From Dictyostelium discoideum (taxonomy: Eukaryota): 64,000 nt of DNA. The position numbers and the translations under genes were made by a program. The stretch is from the NCBI GenBank assembly GCA_000004695.1, contig CM000152.2, forward strand, positions 288,001 to 352,000. The letters run 5' to 3'. The notes below the pieces were generated by a model. The model saw nothing but the letters and a program-made list of their open reading frames with translations, made no database searches and was not told where the DNA came from. Shown here piece after piece: positions 1 to 15,514 of the stretch (position 1 is its first letter; the number at the start of each line of letters is the position of its first letter).

Positions 1-364
1 CTCTTGGATATAAACCTGTAATTGCTGGTGTTGTAATTGAATTCTTATCAAAAAATGGTACAAATGTTTTATGTTTATTATCTAATTATTTTTTAAATAA
101 TATTTATATATATTAATAATTATCAATTCAATTACAAAAAAAAGAAAAAAAAAAAAAATACATACATAAATCGAAATATTTTGATGATGTATTTGGTGAG
201 TCTTCAACTTTTTCAATTGGATCTGTGTTATATGGTAAATTATTATTTCTATTTTCAAAGTATGAGCAATATTGTCTTTTACCAATATTATTGGCTAATT
301 GTTTTGTGATATTTAATTTAGTTAATTGCTTTATCATTATTATTTTTATTGTGATGCGCTTCAA
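1..364 (-). CDS. 5' part of a hypothetical protein-coding gene that runs off the window start. Exon 1 is about 364..166 (MKRITIKIIMIKQLTKLNITKQLANNIGKRQYCSYFENRNNNLPYNTDPIEKVEDSPNTSSKYFDL). After a GTATGT intron, exon 2 is about 81..1 (..YNKHKTFVPFFDKNSITTPAITGLYPR..).
   Basis: Minus-strand ORF 128..364 begins at an ATG. A canonical GTATGT donor follows ..KYFDL at about 165. An AT-rich intron ends at a TAG acceptor near 83. The downstream frame stays open to position 1 with protein-like composition. No homolog recognised. Confidence 0.35.
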
Positions 365-614
365 GTGAGAGCTTTGAAAAAAAAAAAAAAAAAGAAAAAA
401 AATAAAAAAAAAAAAAGCAAAAAAAAAAAAAAAAATTGAGTTTTTTTTTTTTATTTTTTTTTTATTTTTTTTTTTTATTGATAAATTTGCGACATTCTTT
501 TTTATTATTTTCCATTAAATAATTTAATTTTATTTATTTTTAAAACGAATTTAGTATAAAAAAAAATAAAATAAAATAAGTAGACCACTCTAAAATACAC
601 AAAATGATATAAGG

Positions 615-645
<31 letters not shown>

Positions 646-910
646 TAAATTTAATTCATTTATTTTTTGATTTAAAATTTTTTATTAAAATATTTGCAAT
701 TTTGTAGTAAAAAAAAAAAAAAAAATAGTATAAAAATTAAAAAATAATAAAAAAAAGAATAAAAAAATAATAAAAATAGTTATTTTTTTATTCTTTTTTT
801 TATTATTTTTTAATTTTTATACTATTTTTTTTTTTTTTACTACAACATTGGTGAAAAGTAATTTTACGAGGCGCTGGTGAGTTGGTCGCCTTTTTTTTTT
901 ATTTATTTTT

Positions 911-3900
911 TTATACACACCCCGCTACTGAAACATAGTCTGGTAGTTTTCCCATTTGATTTTCAGATAGTGGTGTTTGTGGTGGTCTTGTTGGTGGAGG
1001 TGTTGAGGATGAAGATGCTTCTTGTTCTTCTGTTGTTAGAGTACGTTCTCCTCCACTAGGTAACCCTCTAAGAGTTTTCAAATCAGATCTGTATCTAATT
1101 TTTTTTAAACTTATCTGTACTCCATCCATTGCATTTGAAAGTTGATTTTTCATATGAACAACAGTTCTTTTATTTCTATTTATACGTATTATCAATGCAA
1201 AGCCTCCACAAAAAGCGATAAATCCAGCAATTGCCATAAATGGTATTAACCATTTCTTTCTTTCAAATATACTTTTATATTTATCACTATCACCATTATT
1301 ACAACCATCAAATATTTTTTTACCAGTATTGTTTCTATTATTTTCAGATGATTGGTTACCTAGATCACCTTTATTTGGATTTTCAATATAAATCATTAAA
1401 TAGTTACCACCACTTTCCATTAATTGTAACATTTGCATATTGTTGTTGTTGTTGCTCTTGTTGAGTATTATTTCCATTTAAAGGTTCAACAATGCATGAA
1501 ATAATCATTGAATTAATAAAAGTAGGATCTGAACATCTTCTTTTACCAATTGATATTTCAATAGTTTCATTATAAAATTCATTTCCAAAAATTGTGATAA
1601 TACCCCCAATTGATGAATTTGAAATCATTGTTGAGTTTAATACAATTGGTGGAATATGAAATTGTTATGTTTTTATTTTGTTTTTCACCATTGAATTTGA
1701 TTTGACAAATTTGATCAAATGGTCCAGCCAATTCAATATCACACGAAATGGAAGTATAGTTTTCAAATGAACAATTATATATTTGTTGATTAGAGAAGCA
1801 ATAAACACTTGTATTATCACATGTGTTTGGAATAAAGTTTTCACCATTAATTATTATTTGACCGTCTGTGGAATTGAAAACTGGATAGTTGTTTATTTGA
1901 GTAAGTGTTGGTGATATATTAACTTTAAAACCTGTTGATGTATCATCGCATACGATTAAAGAAAGTTCACTTGATCCATATTCTGGTTTTAATGGGAAAA
2001 AAAAGAAGTTACTTTCAAATTTTATTTTCTTATTTGGGATATCATCAAATACTATCCCATTTGAAAATTGGATTTTAACTTTACCATTTTCATAGTAGTT
2101 AACATTGTTGGCATAATGGCCCGAACAACGAATCATTTGATCACTACTAATTGAACAGCTTGTAACATTTGGTAATTTGTAAAAAAGTTCAGTACGTGTA
2201 GTTTGATTTCCAATTGAAATTGAAATAAGATTCCTTCCACAACGCTTTGGAATTGGGAATGAGTACGTATGTGTTGAATACTCATTTGAATTTGAATTAT
2301 CAATACCTTGAATAGTTGTGTTATACATAAATGTAAGAATTGGTACACTAGAATGATTTAAAATATTAACATTATATAATTTAAAGTTTACAATTTGACC
2401 AAGTACTGATGGTGATGATGGTGATAATTTAACAAAGAATGATGAATCAATTTAGATTACATTTGATTTTTTACCATTTACAATTATATATAACTTTGAA
2501 TTTTTTATTTGATTTAATGGTGTAAATGATAGAGTTGTTTGTTTATCATTTATATTGGTTGTTAAATTTAATTGTTGGATATCATCAATATAGACTTGAG
2601 TTGATTCATTTGAACCTAAACAATCACCAATTAATTTAACATCTCCTTGAGGTAGAATAAAACCAGAAATAAAAGGTACATCAAATGAAAACAATAAAAT
2701 ATTATCATTAGCAATACCGTCTATTGAAACATTAACTCGTAAACCAGTTGAATCATTAATAGCACCAATTTGAACAGGATCTAAATTACATGTTATTTCA
2801 TTTATAGAAGAAATAACATTTTTGCATTGATGGTTACCAATTTTAACGATTATCAATGAATTGATTTTTTCAGATGATAATCTTTCTCCAGATAACAATT
2901 GTTATCTAACCACCTTTTGACTTTGGAATACTATTTATCTTTAAAAGAAAAGATCGGAAATCAAATTTGATTTTATTTGATTCTAAACCGACTGAAATAA
3001 TATTTACATAAATTGATTTACAATATTGTGAGGAGTATCTTAATTGAAAGAATTCATGATCAATTGAAAATAAAATTTTTTTATCAACTCGAACACCATC
3101 AATAAAGATATTGGCATCGGTTGAATTACAAAAATTTGAACCAATTGCAACCAATGAAGAATTATCACTAGAAATTTTATCAATGATTGGACTCGTGTGA
3201 TTAAACGAATACTTGAAGCCATTTGACCATTCAAATGTTATTTCGCCGCAACCACCTTTATAATCAAGAAATAAATTAGTTGCATCAAATGATTCATCAC
3301 CAATGTTGCCGACAAAAAAAACTTTTGTATTTGGAATTATAGTCAAATAAGTTGAAATTTAAAGAAGTAAGTAATATCCTTTGATTATAGAGCGACCACC
3401 TTTTGTTGAAGGTTTAAAATCACCTTGAATTAATGGAACTGGAAAATCCTTTGTAATATTTGTTGCTACACCACATGCATTAGAACCATCTACATCCATT
3501 ATTATTGATGATATCACAGCCCCATGAAATTTTTTTGGCAATTTCTTCATCTATATCTGCTGTACATGTTCTTATTCTGCTACCATTTTCACAAGTAAAT
3601 GGTAAAACATATTTTATATCAGGAAAATAAAAGCTTGAAAAAAATAAACCATTTGTTGGAGGTTTAAAATCACCTTGAATTAATGGAACTGGAAAATCCT
3701 TTGTAATATTTGTTGCTACACCACATGCATCAGAACCATCTACATCCATTAAACATGATGTCACACCACCATGTAATTTTTTGCAATTACTTCATCCATA
3801 TCAGCAGTGCATGTTCTTATTCTGCTACTATTTTCATAAGTAAATGGTAAAACATATTTTAAATCAGTAAAAGAAAAGCTTGAAAAAAAAACCATTTATG

Positions 3901-4092
3901 TCATATGTATAAACCAATGATTTATTTGTACCCTGAATACTTATAGAAATATTAAAATTAAAAGTGTTAAATTATTGCTATGATTTTTTAATTTTTAAAA
4001 TTTATAAATAATTACCAATAGGATGAGGAATATAAATCCCATCAATTTTTGAAATTAAAAAAACAAATAAAAATAAAAATAAAACTTTCATA
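911..4092 (-). pseudogene. Fragmented locus for a large secreted or type I membrane glycoprotein, probably a pseudogene. It has a signal peptide (MKVLFLFLFVFLISKIDG), an N-glycosylation-rich ectodomain of more than 800 residues with internally repeated segments, one transmembrane helix (GFIAFCGGFALII) and a Ser/Pro-rich cytoplasmic tail.
   Basis: The start ATG is near 4092, followed by a hydrophobic signal peptide and a GTAATT intron. The body is covered by six overlapping ORF-track pieces: 3480..3764, 3359..3550, 2906..3346, 2452..2898, 1579..2328 and 911..1477. Consecutive pieces are separated by in-frame TAA codons at about 2452-2454 and 3359-3361. They are also separated by +1/-1 frame changes near 2898-2908, 1600-1628 and 1445-1477. 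None of these breaks is spanned by a credible AT-rich intron. Many NxS/T sequons. The C-terminal piece has a transmembrane segment and a basic stop-transfer sequence (RINRNKR). Confidence 0.45.
3380..3900. repeat. Direct tandem duplication of about 260 bp, two copies. It lies inside the fragmented glycoprotein locus and duplicates a coding segment (..DVDGS[DN]ACGVATNITKDFPVPLIQGDFKP..).
   Basis: Positions 3401..3478 are nearly identical to 3661..3733. Positions 3575..3655 match 3822..3900. The two overlapping minus ORFs 3359..3550 and 3480..3764 translate to near-identical peptides. Confidence 0.7.
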
Positions 4093-4759
4093 TTGTAAAA
4101 ATGTATAGATTGTGTAGTTTTAATATACAATATGTCGGCAAATAAAAATAATTAAAATAAAAAAAAAAAAAAAAAAAAAAAAACATATATATATAAGAAT
4201 AAATTTTTTTATTTTTTTTAATTGTTTGGACACACTTTCCCACACAAAAAAGTTTTTCTTTTTTTGATTTTCCATTATTATTGCCAAGCCATAAAAAATT
4301 TAATATTGGTGATGTTAAAAAAACACATCACACACTTTCAAATATAAAAAAAAATAAAATAGAAATCGAATTTTAAATCTCAATTATTTGAAAAAAAAAA
4401 AAAAAAAAAATTAAATTAAATTAAATTATAACCTGATTTCCATATATTTTTTTTATTTTTTATTAAAAAAAATGCATTATTGAAGTTTTATTATTTAACC
4501 TTGTGGTTGGGCGAAACAATTTTTTAAAAATTCATAGATATGGTGATATGGTTGTTTTTTTTGTTTAATTTTGTTTTTATTTTTATTTTTTTTGGGAATG
4601 TAATATTAAAGTATTTAAATAAAAGATTTTTTAAAATTCAAATAATAATTTTAAATATTATAAAATAAAAAAGATAATTAATTTAATTAATAATAAGTGT
4701 TGTTTTTTTTTTTATTTAATTTTTTGGATTGTAAAATTAAAAAGGTAAACTCTATTAAT

Positions 4760-5419
4760 TTATTGATCTGGATTTAATAATTTTTGAACTTTTTGGTAAT
4801 ACTGAATAATTTGAGAAAAATAAAGAAAGAAAGGATTAGTATTTTTTAAAAAATAAGACGATTTTTTTTTTTTTTTTTTTTTGTTTTTTTTTTTTGGTAA
4901 TCAAAAAATTTAAAACTTACTACTCTTAATTCTTTGACTGTAATGGTACCATCTTTATTTGTATCCATTTCAGTTAAAATAAAATTGGCACTCTTTTCTG
5001 GATCTTTAGCACCAGTTTCTTTGAATCCTTGAATTAATTCATCTTTAGTAATATCAGTATTATCATCTTTGTTATGTCTTAAAATGAATGCTTCAATATC
5101 TTCTTCAACTTCAGCTTCTTGTTGTTTAGATTTTGCTTGTTTTTCTTTATATTCTTTAAGAGCTTTATCGAAATCGATCTAAAAAATAAAAATAAAAAAA
5201 ATTAATTAATTTATTATTATTTTATTTTATTTTAATTTATTTTATTATTTTAATATTTACATCACCAGCTAATTCTTTAATTGTAATTTTACCATCATTA
5301 TCCTTATCATAAACTTGGAATAAATAAATTGCACTTCTTTCTGGGTTGAAGGCCTCTATTTTTTTTTTTTTTTTTTTTATTATAAAAATAATTTATTTAA
5401 ATATGTGTGTGAGATTAAT

Positions 5420-5464
<45 letters not shown>

Positions 5465-5617
5465 TAATTTTTAATTAAAGAATAATAAAACTAATTCCAT
5501 ACTCTTTCCTTTGAAATATTCAACAGCTTCAGCTTTTGTGATTTCACCATCTTTGTTGGTATCATAGGTATCCAACATTTTTTGAACTTCTTCAACAATA
5601 TTTTGGGTGCTTGCCAT
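4760..5617 (-). CDS. cafA: EF-hand Ca2+-binding protein, calfumirin-1-like, about 168 aa, four exons. The spliced product is MASTQNIVEEVQKMLDTYDTNKDGEITKAEAVEYFKGK / KAFNPERSAIYLFQVYDKDNDGKITIKELAGD / IDFDKALKEYKEKQAKSKQQEAEVEEDIEAFILRHNKDDNTDITKDELIQGFKETGAKDPEKSANFILTEMDTNKDGTITVKELRV / YYQKVQKLLNPDQ.
   Basis: Three canonical EF-hand loops are present (DTNKDGEIT, DKDNDGKIT, DTNKDGTIT). Exons are about 5617..5503, 5354..5260, 5179..4921 and 4801..4760. Introns have GTATGG, GTAAAT and GTAAGT donors and TAG/CAG acceptors. Intron 1 holds a poly(T) run of about 63 nt. The symbol is assigned from remembered similarity to Dictyostelium calfumirin-1 and was not verified. Confidence 0.7.
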
Positions 5618-5972
5618 TTTTTTTTTTTTTTTTAAAAATAAGAATATGTGTATTATAACTAATGATTTGGAAAAAATGATTTTTTTTACTTAAATATTAT
5701 TTTTTAACAACAAAAAAAAAATAATTAAAAAAAAAAAAAAAAAAAAATAATTGAAAAAAAATTATTTTAATAATCAAAAGAAAACATCTTTATTTTCAAA
5801 TTACAAAATTAAATTTTTACCTTTTTTTTTTTTTTTTTCTTTTTACCAATTTCAAGAAAAAAAATAAAAAAAAAAAAATTGATGAAAATATCCAAATCTT
5901 AAGATATAACCCCCTTTTTTTTAATAATAAAAATAATAAAAAAAATTAATAAAAATCATTGTTATCAAATTT

Positions 5973-6006
<34 letters not shown>

Positions 6007-6307
6007 CAAATAAAATTAAATCTTGCGAATATACTCTTTATTTAATAATGGTCTTCAAATAAAATAAAATAAAATACTAATCTTTTTTATTTTTTTTTTA
6101 AAGATATTTCTCTTGCTTTTTAGATTTTTTTTTTTTTTTTTTTTTTTTTTAATTATAAATAATAGTTGGTAAATAATTTCTATAGATCAGGATTGATTTT
6201 GTGTTCATTCTACTTGTATTATTATTTATTATTATTTATTATTATTTATTATTATTATTTATTATTGTATTTTATGGTTGTATGTGAGGTAAATATTTTT
6301 AAAATGA

Positions 6308-6864
6308 TTAATCATCATCCTCAATTGTTCTTCTTTTCATTGTAATTGTTGTTTTTTTTGTTTTTTCACTTAATTGTTCCAATAATGAGATAAGTTTAGC
6401 ATCATCAACTCTCTCTGTTAATTGACCAGTTTGTGCTGCCCTTATTATTAAATCCTCAATTTGACGTGATTTCTCTGGTTTGACAATTGTAATTCTTGAT
6501 ACTTTTTTTTTTTTTTTTTTATTTTTAGTTGAATGAAAAATTAGAATCAAAGTAATCTAAAAATAGCCAATAATAAAAATAATAATAATAATAATAATAA
6601 TAATAATCAAAAAAATAATAAACGTACATCTTTCTCTAGCATCTGGTGTCAAAATTTGAATTAAGATACCTTGTCTTCTTTCATTTGCTTCTTGTCTTTG
6701 AGCCTCTTGTCTTTGTTGGGCTTCGGGCTATTTAAATGTTTTTTTAAATTAGATTATTTTTTTATTTTTTTTTTTCTAAATATTTTATTTTCTCTCCTAC
6801 ATACATCAAAACCTTGACCTTGCATTTGTGATAATTGTTGTTGAATTTCTTTTTCGCTGCTCAT
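6308..6864 (-). CDS. Programmed cell death protein 5 (PDCD5/TFAR19) homolog, about 117 aa, three exons. The spliced product is MSSEKEIQQQLSQMQGQGFD / PEAQQRQEAQRQEANERRQGILIQILTPDARER / LSRITIVKPEKSRQIEDLIIRAAQTGQLTERVDDAKLISLLEQLSEKTKKTTITMKRRTIEDDD.
   Basis: The C-terminal exon (ORF 6308..6550) carries the PDCD5 signature LSxxxxVKPEK..Y/IxxA..GQL..KV.E..L..LL..........KxxRR....D(D/E)DD. Upstream exons were found by GTATGT and GTACGT donors and AG acceptors at about 6864..6805 and 6731..6631. Confidence 0.75.
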
Positions 6865-7248
6865 TTTTTTTTTTTTTTTTTGTTTTGTATATCTGTTTTG
6901 ATGGGGTCCAAATTTATAAAAATAAAAAAAAAAAAAGAAAAAAAAAAAAAAAATTATTTTCATTTTTTTTTTTTTTTTCATTTTATTTTACATTTTATTT
7001 TTTATTTTTAGAATTTAATTATTTACCACCATTCATTTTTTGTAATTGTTTTTTTTATTTTGGGGAACTTCAAGAGGGAATATATTTTTAATATAAAAAA
7101 AAAAAAAAAAAAAAAATTAAAAAAAAAAAAATTAAAAAAAAAAAATTAAAAAAAAAAAAAAATAATCTAGATTTAATTTTTAAAAAATTTAAAAATATAT
7201 ATATAAATTATTAACTATTAATTATTAATTAAATTTTAATTTATTTAT

Positions 7249-7926
7249 TTAATTTGTTTTTTTAATATTTGTAGTTGAACCTTTTTTATGAGAAGCAATA
7301 AACTTCTTTCTTTGACCTAACATATAAGTGTAAAGATATGGTAAACCAATAACGTAGAAACCTAAAGAGAAAATTAAAATATTATGGAAGTCGAATGCGA
7401 AATTCAAAGAATTTGGCATTGTCAATGTCATAAATTTAGTGTTCTTGACGAATTCCAAACTTGTCCAAATTGTACCAGTTTCACCAGTGACACCGGTTGG
7501 ATAGAGTATGATGAAAGTTGTGTATCTTAACCAACCCAAAATGTAAGAATCGATCTTTAGAATTGAAAGTGCGTAAAAACTATAACGAATTACTTCTGTA
7601 ATTGACCATGACATTAACATCAATGAAAGGAAGAAATGGTTTTGAGTGGTTGGTACGTTTTGTGCCAAGAATACACATGCAACACGTGAAAATACTTGAA
7701 TAAATGTTGTAGCTGCTGATGTCTTTACTAAACCAAATACTGAATGAACAATCTCCAATACTGCTGCATATTGAAAAATTGATACTAACGCTCCAACTTT
7801 TTCCCAAACTCCAACTGGTGATTGAGTTTCAAATAAATGAATACTTAATTTAAATAATATAATACTCCATCCAATTGTTTGTATAACATTATATAATACT
7901 AAATATAAATTTTTAATTGATACCAT
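7249..7926 (-). CDS. Very-long-chain (3R)-3-hydroxyacyl-CoA dehydratase, PTPLA/HACD/Phs1 family. Single exon, 225 aa.
   Basis: Intact ORF with a multi-pass membrane profile. The characteristic PTPLA blocks are present (YLVLYN..GW, ..FQYAAVLEIVHS..GLV.S...T..QV.SR, ..YP.GV.GE). It ends in a basic tail (RKKF..HKK) that resembles an ER-retention motif. Confidence 0.85.
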   Translation of the reverse strand: MVSIKNLYLVLYNVIQTIGWSIILFKLSIHLFETQSPVGVWEKVGALVSIFQYAAVLEIVHSVFGLVKTSAATTFIQVFSRVACVFLAQNVPTTQNHFFLSLMLMSWSITEVIRYSFYALSILKIDSYILGWLRYTTFIILYPTGVTGETGTIWTSLEFVKNTKFMTLTMPNSLNFAFDFHNILIFSLGFYVIGLPYLYTYMLGQRKKFIASHKKGSTTNIKKTN

Positions 7927-8601
7927 TTTATTTTTTTTGTCAATTATTTAAAATAAAACAATGTTTTTATTTTTTTTTTTTGGGTGAATGAACGATCAAA
8001 AAAAAAAATAAAAAAAATAAAAAATTTTAAAAAAAAAAAATAAAAAATAAAAAATTTTTAAAAAAAAAAAAAAAAATCTAAAAAAAAATAAATTAAAATT
8101 AATTACAAATAAAAATTATTATTATTAGTAAAAAAAAAAAAAATATACAATATATTATTTTTTGATTATAAAAAAAAAATAATAATAATAATTTTTTAAC
8201 CTTATTTTATTAAATTTGTAATCTGTTTTTTAAAAATAAATAAAAAAAACACACTCCTTTTTTGATATCTAATCGTATTTTAATTAAAAAAAAAAAAAAA
8301 AAAAAAAAATTATGACGACTCAAATAAAAAGTTTTTATCAAGGTGTTTTTTTTAAAAATCCCAACTATTTTTCATTTTGTCATTTATTTCCAATTAAAGA
8401 AAATCATAAAACCATATTTTTAATTTTTTTTTTTTTTTTTTTAATTTTATTTTAAATAATTTTAAAAAAAAAAAAAAAAAAAAAATAGTTGGGAGTACAT
8501 TTAAATAAAATTTTTTTTTTTTTTTTTTTTGTATTTCTATTTTCACAAAAAAACAAAACACTTTTGTGCTTTAACAAAAAAAAAAAAAAAAAAAAGGAAA
8601 T
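7927..8601. promoter_or_regulatory. Divergent AT-rich intergenic region between the start codons of the HACD gene (minus) and the TMEM53-like gene (plus). Putative bidirectional promoter.
   Basis: 675 bp of more than 90% A+T with long homopolymer runs. The two start codons face away from each other. No TATA or initiator element could be mapped confidently. Confidence 0.3.
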
Positions 8602-9542
8602 ATGGGTGCCCAAAAATTACCAATATTAGAATATCTTCAAGCAGAAAATGATTCACCATTACCATATGAAGGTGAAGATAGACCATTGGTAGTAGTTTTA
8701 GGTTGGATGGGATGTCGTCGTGAACATTTATTAAAATATGTTGACCAATGGAGAAAACGTGGTTTCAATACATTTTCATTTTGTTCAAAACCAATTCAAT
8801 TGTATTGTATCATTATTTTAAAATAATTTGTAAATATTAAATAAATACTAACCCTTCCCCCTTCCCCCTTCCCCCTTCCCCCTTCCCCCTTCCCCCCTTT
8901 TTTTTATTTTTTTTTTTTAAAATATTTAGATTGGTTCCAGGAGTAATTCAAAATAAAGGTGATGAAATGTTAGAACAAATTAAAAAATATTTAAAAGAGA
9001 ATAGAAATTGTAAAAGTGTAATATTTAATGCATTTTCAAATGGTGGTGGATTTTATTATGCACATATGATTCGTCAAATTCATGAAAGAGAGGATTGCAA
9101 GTGGATGGCTCCTTTGGTAAAGGGAACTGTGTTGGATTCGTTGCCTGCAATTAGACCATTATCCATCTATTCAGCATTCCGTTTAACTAGTCCAAATATG
9201 TTTGTAACTTTCTTATTAGCATTGGTAGTACCATTATTTGTAGTTTTATTTTGGAGTAAGATGTCATCGTATCAACAAATTTTAACCTCAAAAAAGAATC
9301 AATGGCAACATTTAATTTTCTATTCAAAAGCTGATACTATAGTTCATTCTGATGATATCGATAATTTAGTTGGTAAAATAAAGAATAATTTATCAGATGT
9401 CAATCATCTAGATTATAAATGTTTCGACGATTCACCACATGTTCTCCATATGAGATCACATCCAAAAATATATGAAGATAAATTAAATCATTTCGTTACT
9501 TCAATTAAAAATTCAAATTTGAAAAAATTACAAAATAAATAA
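8602..9542 (+). CDS. TMEM53/DUF829-family membrane protein, two exons of about 8602..8801 and 8930..9542.
   Basis: Exon 1 encodes MGAQKLPILEYLQAENDSPLPYEGEDRPLVVVLGWMGCRREHLLKYVDQWRKRGFNT.., which matches the PLV(I/V)LLGW.G....L.KY TMEM53 motif. A GTATTG donor lies at about 8802 and a TAG acceptor at about 8929. Exon 2 continues in frame to the TAA at 9542. Confidence 0.7.
8855..8907. repeat. (CCCCCTT)n heptanucleotide microsatellite, about six units, inside the TMEM53-like intron.
   Basis: A C5T2 repeat is read directly from the sequence. The complementary strand is (AAGGGGG)n. Confidence 0.8.
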
Positions 9543-9892
9543 ATAAAAAAAAAAAGTGTATAATTACAATAAAAACAGAATTCTATTTTTTTTTCTATTT
9601 AAAGATTTTTTATTTATTTTTATTTAATTTTCCCCCTTTTTTTTTTTTTTTTTTTTTTAATTTTTTTAATTTTTTTAATTTTTTTTTTACTTTTTTTTAT
9701 AATTTTTTTTTTTTTTTTATTTTATTTTATTTTTTTTTGTTGTTGATGTCATTGCACAAAAAAAAAAAAAATATCTTTTAAAAAAACTAAAAAAAAAAAA
9801 ATATTAAATAAATCACAAAATTAATAGAGGTTATGTCAATTGATATTTTATAATAATATTAACAATAATAACATTAAACTATACATATTACA

Positions 9893-14229
<4,337 letters not shown>

Positions 14230-14307
14230 CTATTTGGTTGACATCATCATAAAAATAAAAAAAAACACACTTTATACATATAGATTACAACTTGTAATTC
14301 ATATTTT

Positions 14308-15514
14308 TTAAATGAATAATTTATTTAACCAATTTTTATATTTTTTTAATTTACCGCTATTTACACTTTTTTTTATATTATTTTTTTTTGCTATATATGG
14401 AATATTTAAATAACCAGATTTTAATATATCATCCTCTATTAGTGAATCTTTTTTTTCTTTTACAACCATTTTAAAAGTTTCATCATTAAAATTTTTTAAA
14501 ATAATTTTTGAACCTTGTTTGTGATCAAACACTATTGAATGTTTCATTATTCTATTATTATCAATAGTTTCTCTATATCTATGAGTAAAAATGGAAATAA
14601 ATGAACGAACCATATTTGATTTATCTTGTTTATTATTATTATTATTATTATCCTTCTTTTTTATAAATTCTTTAAATTCTTCATTTTTTAATGATCTAAC
14701 AACTCCAATATCACCATCTTTAATTTTATCAAATTTGAATCTGTCAAATATTTCTATTTTAGAGTTTGATAATTATAATTATAATAATAATAATTAAATT
14801 TTAGTAAATATAATTTTAAAATATTAACAAAAAAAAAAAAAAGAAATAGGGATAATAATTACTAATTGATGTTTTTCCTTTAAATTTGGCCATAGTAACA
14901 CAATTAATGTTTGGGCCATTTGATTGACTAATTTCAACATTTTTAAATTTGTTTGTTGAATTATTTGATTTCTTTTTTATATAATAAAATTCCTATTTTT
15001 AATTTAAATATTTAAAATTTTAGTATTAATAAAAAAAGAAAAAAAAAAGAAAAAAAATAATGTTTTATAAATATAATAATTTAAAAAATGAACTTACAAA
15101 TGGAATATCATCTAAATTACAAATTGTTAAATATTCAGCTCTATATAAAGCTCTATTTTTATCAACTTCATTGGAATAAGGATATTCATAATGAAAAAAT
15201 TTAGAATTTGTGAGATATTTATCAACTAGTATTGTTGAAATAAAAAATACATAAAACCCTATAACTATAAAAAGAAAAAAAAAAAAAATACATTAATAAA
15301 AATCCAATTAAATTCAAATTTATAATAAAAAATAAAAAATTAAATAAAAAATTTGAAATTTACTTGATAATAAAACAAAAACTAATACATAATGTGCTAT
15401 AACTTCTATCTTTCTTGAAACTCTATTTTCTTCTTCCTCCTCTGGCGTTAATGGTGGTAAATTTGGTGGTGCAAAATAATTTGTTTGAAATCCGACTCTT
15501 ACCTCTTCATCCAT
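14308..15514 (-). CDS. Hypothetical protein of about 265 aa with two predicted transmembrane helices, four exons. The N-terminus is MDEEVRVGFQTNYFAPPNLPPLTPEEEEENRVSRKIEVIAHYVLVFVLLS / IIGFYVFFISTILVDKYLTNSKFFHYEYPYSNEVDKNRALYRAEYLTICNLDDIPF / EFYYIKKKSNN.. / KIFDRFKFDKIKDGDIGVV..NWLNKLFI.
   Basis: ORF-track pieces 15320..15514 and 14308..14613 are joined through exons at about 15264..15098 and 14992..14878. Donors are GTAAAT, GTAAGT and GTAATT, acceptors are TAG. The two adjacent hydrophobic segments loosely resemble PIG-P-type small membrane proteins, but no homology is secure. Confidence 0.45.

Noticed and set aside
2391-2452. A 56-nt intron (GTAATC...CATCAG) that would remove the in-frame TAA at about 2452 in the glycoprotein locus.
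   Set aside because: It is too short and only about 67% AT, which is atypical for introns here. No comparable intron can rescue the other in-frame TAA at about 3359 or the frameshifts. Pseudogene or sequence error was preferred, but the question is left open.
4215-4240. TCCCACACAA at about 4228, considered as a Dictyostelium ncRNA upstream element (DUSE, [AT]CCCA[CT]AA) marking a small RNA gene about 60 nt downstream.
   Set aside because: It has one mismatch to the consensus. The sequence 50-70 nt downstream (about 4290-4340) is ordinary AT-rich DNA, with no GG start, no stem-forming ends and no class I RNA CCTTACAGCAA motif.
14308-15514. Calling the 4-exon two-TM protein a PIG-P (GPI-GlcNAc transferase subunit P) ortholog.
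   Set aside because: Only the general topology matches (two adjacent TM helices followed by an aromatic-rich loop). The characteristic PIG-P motifs could not be matched residue by residue. It is kept as a hypothetical protein.
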